Positions 56,826 through 64,000 of a DNA stretch of 64,000 bases are shown here, piece after piece. Position numbers and translations under genes: made by a program. The stretch is from a virus (taxonomy: Duplodnaviria > Caudoviricetes): positions 11,124-75,123 of the IMG/VR virus record IMGVR_UViG_3300025084_003379; one strand, given 5' to 3'. Under the pieces are notes generated by a model. The model was given only the letters and a program-made list of their open reading frames with translations, was not told the DNA's origin and ran no database searches. The first letter of the stretch is position 1. The number at the start of each line of letters is the position of its first letter.

Positions 56826-59117
56826 ATGCCAGTACTAGCAAAAGATCAATTAAAACTATTATTTGAAGCAGGTGATTTAATCACTCAGACTACGCTATAT
56901 GATTTTATTGATGCATCATATAACCCTACACTAGTAGGTGGAACTGATATACAATTAGTTAAAGTCAGTACTGCTGCTGGTGATACTATAACTATTAATA
57001 GCTTAGGTGGCGGAGGAGGTGATACTGTTACTGCAGGTTCAGGTATTAAATTAACACCAGTTGGATCTGATGAAGAAATATCGATTAATTTAGATAATAC
57101 ACAAACAAACCTTATTGTAGATGGAAATAATAAATTAACATTTGCAGGTTTACATATTAAGGATGAAGGTACTGATATAGGTACATATAAAACTATTAAC
57201 TTTGTCGGTGCTGATGTATTAGCTCAAGATAGTGGTACACCAGGTACTGTAAATGTCTTTATACCAGTACCAACATTTGCTTCTCATTTTAACACAACTG
57301 ATGGTAGTACAAACGGAACAGTTTCAGAAGGTGGTTTTACAAGAAGTGCATCAATAAGAATAAGCAATCCCCAGGATGAAGGTACCGGTACCCCATTTAA
57401 AACTGGCGGTTGGGCTGGTACTAATCACCCTGCATTTAATAGTAAAGATCCATCAACACCCGTGCCAATTACATTTACGACAAGCGGTCAGGTAACAGGC
57501 TTTAGTGATTCTAATATCGGTAATGCTAATATAAATGTTATTGTATATGATGCTGATGGTGTTACTGAGTTAGAAAATTTTACTACAAATACTATATTTG
57601 CAGCAGGTTCATATAACTCACCTTCAAATAGAATACTTGTTAATATAACTAATTTTCAAAATGATGCTAATAGAAAAAAAGCAGATGTTCAAATAACAGT
57701 AAACATTGGTGATATTTTTACGTTTGCCGGTAGGAGCGGTGGAAGGTTTCATGTTAAGTGTACTATGACTACTGATTCAACTACTGATAGTGGTGCTTCA
57801 TATTCTTACACTCAACCGGAGGTTTTCTGGGATGCTAATAATGACGGTGCTTATCCATCAACACCACAGATCAATGGTAGTGTTACTATCATAGAATCTA
57901 CTTCACTTCCATCTATAATTACAAAATATTTAAGCGGTGTTGAATATTATGATCTTAATTCACGATTTGAAATAAATGTTAACTCTATTGATAAACTTAA
58001 CAGTAACACACAAGGACAAGGTGGTGCTTCTAATTATAATTTATTAGTTGAAGGTACAGATTATGGCTTAACTCCTGTACAAGAACCTGCATGGGATAAC
58101 ACAAGTTGGCCTAGTGGATTTAGTTTAACAGGTTGGACAAATGATTATGATGCAAGTAATATAAGTATCGATTACGATGAATGGGATATTACTACATCTA
58201 ATTGGAGATTTAGAAATACTGATGCTACAATAAAATCAAAAGCATATGACCCTTGGCTAGATTCAGGGTTTGTAAATTCTAATCCATCTGAGATATTAAT
58301 AGATACTTATGGTGTAACAAGTGATAAATTAACTGAAAGATTTGATGATGAGGCACAGCGATTAACAAGAAGTTTAGGTTCTTATCAACCAATAGTTTCT
58401 TCTTCTGTATTAGCCCCATCAGGTTTAACAAACCAAACAACATCGACTATATCAACTGGCCCGTTCTGCCAGTCTGCTGTTGTAGGAGGTACTTTAGTTA
58501 GGCCTGATAAATTTTACGCGGATGACGGTAATTCTCCACTACCATCAACAGTAATATCTAATTTAACTGGCTTTGCTCCAGTAGGGGGTGGTGGTAATCC
58601 TGATTATAATACAGCAGCTTATGGAGTAACTTCTACTTATCATAGATTATTTGAAGTATCATCAGACCCCCCACCAGGCGACGACAACCGTAATAGACCA
58701 TTTAGTGCATTTGAATTAACCTTTTCAGGAGATTTTGGGACTAGCCCTGATGCACTCACTGCATTAAGTAGTAATAAGATGTTAATATATGTTAGGCCGT
58801 TAGGTACTTCTGGTAGTACCAGTAATATTGGATATAATGCAATACCATATTCTGTCCATGGCCAGCCATTTTTCGGTCTTACACAAGACCCACCTACTTC
58901 GGTTGATGCTCCTGATAACAGCGCTCAAATAAGAACAACAATAGCAACACCAACCCCAAATGTTATAGACTGTTCCTTTGGTTCGATACCAGCACCAATT
59001 GATGGTTTTTATATTGAGGTTCATTTAATTGATGAAGAAATTAAACTAGGTGGTATATCAGCAAAAATAATATTTAGCAATGGGTCACCTACATCAGAGT
59101 CTGGTGGATCTGTGTAA
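56826..59117 (+). CDS. Tail fibre/appendage protein; C-terminal ~600 aa paralogous to 59156
   Basis: N-terminal LKLLFEAGDLITQTTLYDFIDAS anchor-like motif, IKDEGTDIGTYKTINFVG fibre motif, and collinear motifs shared with 59156. Confidence 0.65.
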   Translation: MPVLAKDQLKLLFEAGDLITQTTLYDFIDASYNPTLVGGTDIQLVKVSTAAGDTITINSLGGGGGDTVTAGSGIKLTPVGSDEEISINLDNTQTNLIVDGNNKLTFAGLHIKDEGTDIGTYKTINFVGADVLAQDSGTPGTVNVFIPVPTFASHFNTTDGSTNGTVSEGGFTRSASIRISNPQDEGTGTPFKTGGWAGTNHPAFNSKDPSTPVPITFTTSGQVTGFSDSNIGNANINVIVYDADGVTELENFTTNTIFAAGSYNSPSNRILVNITNFQNDANRKKADVQITVNIGDIFTFAGRSGGRFHVKCTMTTDSTTDSGASYSYTQPEVFWDANNDGAYPSTPQINGSVTIIESTSLPSIITKYLSGVEYYDLNSRFEINVNSIDKLNSNTQGQGGASNYNLLVEGTDYGLTPVQEPAWDNTSWPSGFSLTGWTNDYDASNISIDYDEWDITTSNWRFRNTDATIKSKAYDPWLDSGFVNSNPSEILIDTYGVTSDKLTERFDDEAQRLTRSLGSYQPIVSSSVLAPSGLTNQTTSTISTGPFCQSAVVGGTLVRPDKFYADDGNSPLPSTVISNLTGFAPVGGGGNPDYNTAAYGVTSTYHRLFEVSSDPPPGDDNRNRPFSAFELTFSGDFGTSPDALTALSSNKMLIYVRPLGTSGSTSNIGYNAIPYSVHGQPFFGLTQDPPTSVDAPDNSAQIRTTIATPTPNVIDCSFGSIPAPIDGFYIEVHLIDEEIKLGGISAKIIFSNGSPTSESGGSV

Positions 59118-59155
59118 AATATAAAATTGAATAAATATAAAAAGAAACTAATCAA

Positions 59156-62100
59156 ATGGCAGGATTTTCTATAAATGAAGTTAATAAGCTAACCTTTAAA
59201 GTACAGGCAGGTGGTGTCATTGATGCATCTGCAGGTAAACGATGGTATGAATCAACTTTAGCATTCGAGCCTAATGTTAAGGCAACCGAAAGAATATTAA
59301 CACAATATCAATCTATTCCTCCTGCTGCTACAGTTTCTGCTGCACAAAGCGCGGCAGCAGCAAACCCAACTATTATTCAAGATGATAGTAATCCAAGTAA
59401 TGCAATAAGATTAACACAAGTATATAATTTAAATAATTCTACATTTGTAGCTTATAATACTTATAATGATCCTACTTCTGGTTTTAGGAGAGATTGGATT
59501 TTGCCTGCATCTCGACCACAAGCGTCAGGACAACCTTCAGATGGGTATAAGATTACCTTATGGAGTGGTGATCCTGCGGGTGCACCAGGTAGTTTTGCGC
59601 AAGTATATCCAACACTAGGCCAAGGGTCTCAGCCTGAATATGTAGGTTGGGTATTTAATTATGATCAAGGATTACTTTTTATATCTGATTACTTACAAAC
59701 TTTAATTGCTGATCCAAATTATGCATTTCTATTTCCGGATGGTTTTAATTTCTATATAACTGGTTTTAGATATATCGGTACATCTGGAGGTGGTGGTGGT
59801 TCTGCGATAGAAATAGAAGATAGTGGTACATCCGTAACTACTGATGTTAAAAAAATAGATTTTACAGGAACTGGTGTAACTGTTACAGGTTCAGGTGCTG
59901 GTAATGAAAATATTGAAGTAGCTATTACTTCAGGTAGTGGTCCACAAGGTACACAAGGAACTCAAGGTATAACTGGTTTACAAGGAACGCAAGGTATTAC
60001 TGGAGCACAAGGAACAGGAACTCAAGGTATTCAAGGTATCACTGGTTTACAAGGAACTCAAGGTTTACAAGGTACTGAAGGTACAGGAATACAAGGTATT
60101 CAAGGTATCACTGGTATTCAAGGAACTCAAGGTACACAAGGTATTGAAGGTTCAGGTACACAAGGTATTCAAGGTATTCAAGGTATCACTGGTATTCAAG
60201 GAACCCAAGGTTTACAAGGTACTGAAGGTACGGGAACACAAGGTATTCAAGGTATCACTGGTTTACAAGGAACTCAAGGTACTCAAGGTATTACTGGATC
60301 ACAGGGTACAGGAACTCAAGGTATTCAAGGTATCACTGGTTTACAAGGAACTCAAGGTACTCAAGGTATAACTGGATCACAGGGTACAGGAACTCAAGGT
60401 ATTCAAGGTATCACTGGTTTACAAGGAACTCAAGGTTTACAAGGTACTGAAGGTACAGGAACACAAGGTATTCAAGGTATCACTGGTTTACAAGGAACTC
60501 AAGGTTTACAAGGTACTGAAGGTACAGGAATACAAGGTATTCAAGGTATCACTGGTTTACAAGGAACTCAAGGTTTACAAGGTATTCAAGGTATCATCGG
60601 TTCACAAGGAACCCAAGGTATCACTGGAACTGGTTTACAAGGAACTCAAGGTACACAAGGTATTGAAGGTATAGGAACTCAAGGTATTCAAGGTATCACT
60701 GGTTTACAAGGAACTCAAGGTATATCAGGCACAGGATCTGCTATTACTGTGGCAAACTCTGTAGATGATGGAAGTTCTCCTACCTTTTTATCAGGTACAT
60801 ATTCAAAATTTAATTTTGTTGATGGTGATGATAATGGGACAGTGTTTGCAATAGAAGATTTTAATGACAACACACAAGTAAATGTATTCTTCCCTGCCCC
60901 ACCTCCTCCAGTATATCCTAATTATTTTAATAGAAATGTAGCAACTGGAGCTGTGAGTGCAACGGTTGCCGAAGATAATAATCCACAGAGTGAAAGAATT
61001 GCAATACCTAATCAACCATTTGCTGGTGTGAGAGATGGCGGTAATTTTGCAGATGGGGGTTGGTCTAATAGCAATACATTAAGAAGTGTATATCGCCAAT
61101 CAACTGATGAAGCTATATTATTTGGAACTGGTAATACAGCAGCACCAGTTAAAGTAAGAGGTTTTGGTGGAATTGCTGGAAACGGTGATAGTGAGATTGT
61201 TGTACAAGTATTTGACGGTGATGGAACAACAGTTATGGATTCACATACAATAACTGATATTACAGGTAATGGTACTTTTGTAAGTACGAGTGGTGATATT
61301 GTTATTACAATAGCAGATTATAATACTATCATTAATCCTTATAATCCACAAGATGTATATGAAGCAAGTATAAAAGTTGAAACAATAATGGGTGCAACTA
61401 ACGTAGCACCTGGGGTAGCTGCAGGTATATTTAATAATGCTACACAACCTAGAGATGGTGGTAAATTTACAGTACAGCTTGATATGACAGCTGATACTAG
61501 TGGTGTGGCAGTAGATCCACCTTCCCCAGATTTGCCAACTTCATTTAGTTATACGGTGTTTGCCGATGGTAACCCAAATACACCTAACTTATCTGGAACT
61601 ATTGTAAATAATCCAGTAGTAACATCAGCATCTACCAAAAACATAAGTGGTATAACTTATTATACAAATGGTACAAATATACAAGTAGGTGTAGATGGTA
61701 TTAACTTATTAAATGGAAATAGCATAAATGCAAATAATATTTTATTAAGATTATATGATTGGTCAGCATTAACATTAACCTTATCAGATACTTCATATAA
61801 TACAGCAAACGGTACCTTAACTACTAATGTTGGTGTTGATAATGATTGGGATGGTACTGATATAGACTATCTTAGTAATACTAATTCATTTACTATCGGT
61901 GGCTCACCTTATAGATTTAGATCTACTGGTGGTGAAGCTGATGTTAGAGTTAATGACCCATGGTCTGGAAATGTAGGTCCTGCTACATCTGGTGATAGAA
62001 AACTTTTGATTGATGTAAATTCACAAACTTCTACTAATACATTTGAATATTTTAATGCTGAAAATCAAAGGTTATTTAGAGATTCTACCGGTACTACATA

Positions 62101-62836
62101 TTCAGGCTGGAATAGTGGATTATCATTATTAGATCCTGCACAGCCACCAAATACTAGATCTGCTTCAACAGTAGAGAATTTATGTTATGTTGGAGGTCAA
62201 GGTATTGCTGCATCTGATTTTTATGCTGATACAGGTAACTTCCCAGATCCTAGTACCGTTATATCTACTGACTTAAGTAACTATGAACCTAGTGGTAATC
62301 CTAATTACAATGCAATGGGTAATACTCCAATATTCCACAGACTATTTGGAACTAGTTGTGTAGATTTTGATTTAGTATTTAGCGGAGATTCTGGTGTAAG
62401 TGCAAACTTTACAGATGCATTAATAAATAATGAAATGAAAATTTATGTATTTCCTGTAGGCTCTAACCCTAATCCGGCATTAGGCATTGATCCAAACACA
62501 GGTAGTAATTATACATTCTTACCAACATACCAGGATGGTGCACCAGGTACTGCATACCCAACGAACAATGGTCAATATGCTCTATCATTACATGGTGGGT
62601 TCCTTAGTGGTGCGTGGAGCGCCGGCGGTTGGATACCACCTGGTACTATACCTATAGCATATACAGGTTTGGATACTATTCAAACAAGAATGATGAAATC
62701 AACATCTTCCGGTAACACTGGTAAGTTTACCTTCGGTAATTCTTCTAATGTTGCTGTTGGTGGATTTTATGTAGAAATACAATTAATAGACCGTACAATA
62801 AAACTTGATCAGATACAATACATATTTGTATCTTAA
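59156..62836 (+). CDS. Collagen-like (Gly-X-Gln) fibre protein
   Basis: N-domain paralogous to 63075, ~260-aa GXQ tract, C-domain paralogous to 56826. Confidence 0.8.
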   Translation: MAGFSINEVNKLTFKVQAGGVIDASAGKRWYESTLAFEPNVKATERILTQYQSIPPAATVSAAQSAAAANPTIIQDDSNPSNAIRLTQVYNLNNSTFVAYNTYNDPTSGFRRDWILPASRPQASGQPSDGYKITLWSGDPAGAPGSFAQVYPTLGQGSQPEYVGWVFNYDQGLLFISDYLQTLIADPNYAFLFPDGFNFYITGFRYIGTSGGGGGSAIEIEDSGTSVTTDVKKIDFTGTGVTVTGSGAGNENIEVAITSGSGPQGTQGTQGITGLQGTQGITGAQGTGTQGIQGITGLQGTQGLQGTEGTGIQGIQGITGIQGTQGTQGIEGSGTQGIQGIQGITGIQGTQGLQGTEGTGTQGIQGITGLQGTQGTQGITGSQGTGTQGIQGITGLQGTQGTQGITGSQGTGTQGIQGITGLQGTQGLQGTEGTGTQGIQGITGLQGTQGLQGTEGTGIQGIQGITGLQGTQGLQGIQGIIGSQGTQGITGTGLQGTQGTQGIEGIGTQGIQGITGLQGTQGISGTGSAITVANSVDDGSSPTFLSGTYSKFNFVDGDDNGTVFAIEDFNDNTQVNVFFPAPPPPVYPNYFNRNVATGAVSATVAEDNNPQSERIAIPNQPFAGVRDGGNFADGGWSNSNTLRSVYRQSTDEAILFGTGNTAAPVKVRGFGGIAGNGDSEIVVQVFDGDGTTVMDSHTITDITGNGTFVSTSGDIVITIADYNTIINPYNPQDVYEASIKVETIMGATNVAPGVAAGIFNNATQPRDGGKFTVQLDMTADTSGVAVDPPSPDLPTSFSYTVFADGNPNTPNLSGTIVNNPVVTSASTKNISGITYYTNGTNIQVGVDGINLLNGNSINANNILLRLYDWSALTLTLSDTSYNTANGTLTTNVGVDNDWDGTDIDYLSNTNSFTIGGSPYRFRSTGGEADVRVNDPWSGNVGPATSGDRKLLIDVNSQTSTNTFEYFNAENQRLFRDSTGTTYSGWNSGLSLLDPAQPPNTRSASTVENLCYVGGQGIAASDFYADTGNFPDPSTVISTDLSNYEPSGNPNYNAMGNTPIFHRLFGTSCVDFDLVFSGDSGVSANFTDALINNEMKIYVFPVGSNPNPALGIDPNTGSNYTFLPTYQDGAPGTAYPTNNGQYALSLHGGFLSGAWSAGGWIPPGTIPIAYTGLDTIQTRMMKSTSSGNTGKFTFGNSSNVAVGGFYVEIQLIDRTIKLDQIQYIFVS
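59939..60730 (+). repeat. Gly-X-Gln coding repeat tract
   Basis: Recurrent unit [23 protein letters not shown], built from caaggt repeats. Confidence 0.95.
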
Positions 62837-62855
62837 ATAAATAATACAATAACCG

Positions 62856-63062
62856 ATGAAAAGTAAATTTGAACATAAATTAGTATTAAAGATAAATAAA
62901 GACTCTCAAGTATGTAACTTGTCTATACAAACATCCGAAGATAAAGTAGAGGTGTTTAAAATTAGTAAAAGAGATTTATCACATTTAGTAGCACAATATT
63001 TAGAGTATGATTCCAATATGGAAGAGGCAGATGATTTGATAGTAATCAAAACGGAAAAATAA
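62856..63062 (+). CDS. Small hypothetical protein
   Basis: 68 aa, preceded by AAATAAATAA. Confidence 0.55.
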   Translation: MKSKFEHKLVLKINKDSQVCNLSIQTSEDKVEVFKISKRDLSHLVAQYLEYDSNMEEADDLIVIKTEK

Positions 63063-63074
63063 AAAAAGCATCCA

Positions 63075-64000
63075 ATGGGATTTAGCAATCAAGACGTAAG
63101 AAAATTAGTATTTAAAGTACAGGCTGGTAATGTTATCGATGCAGATACAAATTTTTACTGGTATCAATCCAATTTGGAAAATACACCTACTGTTAAAACC
63201 GGTAGGCTTATTGACCAAACTGATTGGAATGTAATACTTGCTAATCAACCGTCTACATCAGATCAAGGTCAAGCTGGATCTTTATTAGTGTTAACTAATC
63301 CTGGTAACCCTCTTGATGGTTATGTAGGAAATGAATGGGGTACTAGTACTGGCTTTTCACCAAATGACTCACCTATAACAAATAGAACTGCTACGAGAAT
63401 GACTTTGGTAGTAGGTTCTAACCCTAATACTTATTATGCATTAAATACATATAATACACCATCCTCTGGTAGAAAAGATATGTGGATTGGTCCAGCAAGT
63501 ATACCAACCCCAAGCGGTGCAAAAAATGATAAATATGAAATTGAGTTATGGAGTGGTGATCCTACTACAGCATCGGCGGTAAAGGTTGATAAATCAATTT
63601 CCGAAGGTACTCCCGGTAATGTTGCCGGTTGGGTATTTAATTATGATCAAGGATTATTATTAGTATCTGATGATTTAATTAATGCTGTTGGTAGTACTGG
63701 GGGTAATGCTACATATCCTGATGGTACAGATTTTTATATTAGAGGATGGCGATATATTGGTGCAACTGGCGGTGGTGGTGGTGCTCAAGGTATTCAAGGA
63801 GCCCAAGGTATAACTGGTGCTCAAGGTATTCAAGGTATAACTGGTTTACAAGGTACACAAGGTATTCAAGGTATTCAAGGTATAGAAGGGTCTGGTGCAC
63901 AAGGTATTCAAGGTATCACTGGTTTACAAGGAACTCAAGGTTTACAAGGTACTGAAGGTACAGGAACACAAGGTATTCAAGGTATCACTGGTTTACAAGG
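63075..64000 (+). CDS. Third collagen-like fibre, 3' truncated by window edge (absent from ORF track)
   Basis: Hand translation from ATG 63075 ([23 protein letters not shown]...[11 protein letters not shown]...YIRGWRYIG) stays open to the window end. GXQ tract from ~63781. Confidence 0.88.
   Translation, partial: MGFSNQDVRKLVFKVQAGNVIDADTNFYWYQSNLENTPTVKTGRLIDQTDWNVILANQPSTSDQGQAGSLLVLTNPGNPLDGYVGNEWGTSTGFSPNDSPITNRTATRMTLVVGSNPNTYYALNTYNTPSSGRKDMWIGPASIPTPSGAKNDKYEIELWSGDPTTASAVKVDKSISEGTPGNVAGWVFNYDQGLLLVSDDLINAVGSTGGNATYPDGTDFYIRGWRYIGATGGGGGAQGIQGAQGITGAQGIQGITGLQGTQGIQGIQGIEGSGAQGIQGITGLQGTQGLQGTEGTGTQGIQGITGLQ

Noticed and set aside
12100-62906. Minus-strand ORFs of 60-166 aa (e.g. 13369-13815, 27319-27669, 46176-46676) overlapping + genes
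   Set aside because: All lie antisense to well-supported genes, have no motifs, and conflict with the uniform + strand organisation.
56826-64000. Diversity-generating retroelement acting on the fibres
   Set aside because: No reverse transcriptase and no template/variable repeat pair with adenine-specific mismatches was seen in this window.
1-64000. Stop-codon reassignment as in some jumbo phages
   Set aside because: Genes up to 4.9 kb and all recognisable enzymes are intact under the standard code, and Gln repeats use CAA.

Overview
The window is an AT-rich segment of a large T4-like (contractile-tailed) jumbo phage genome. All credible genes lie on the + strand, with no tRNA, rRNA, CRISPR array, integrase or transposase seen. 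Layout: HAD phosphatase fragment and dCMP deaminase (1-749); a 1645-aa Gly-X-Gln collagen-like fibre (1378-6315); five orphan genes; a baseplate/neck/tail module (gp53-, hub-, gp5-, gp13-, gp25-, gp6-, gp7-, gp3-like) that also holds a 4-domain ribosomal-protein-S1 homologue and a putative amidoligase; a replication/recombination block (RuvC-like, GroES, gp32, primase, UvsY, UvsW); a cluster of genes carrying motifs like the T4 capsid-targeting sequence (43064, 46677, 48907-56815); and three modular fibre paralogues (56826-64000). A-rich leaders almost without Shine-Dalgarno motifs hint at a Bacteroidota host (inference). Most interesting observations: (1) a putative capsid-packaged, protease-processed cargo island of polyproteins with ligase-like, nuclease-like and nucleotidyltransferase domains plus a cationic glycine-zipper pre-pro-peptide; (2) late-promoter-like motifs inside hairpins that cover the downstream translation start; (3) near-identical collagen DNA cassettes shared by otherwise divergent fibre genes; (4) a phased GGCA array in the gp32 leader. 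Family assignments come from motif recognition only; no searches were run.
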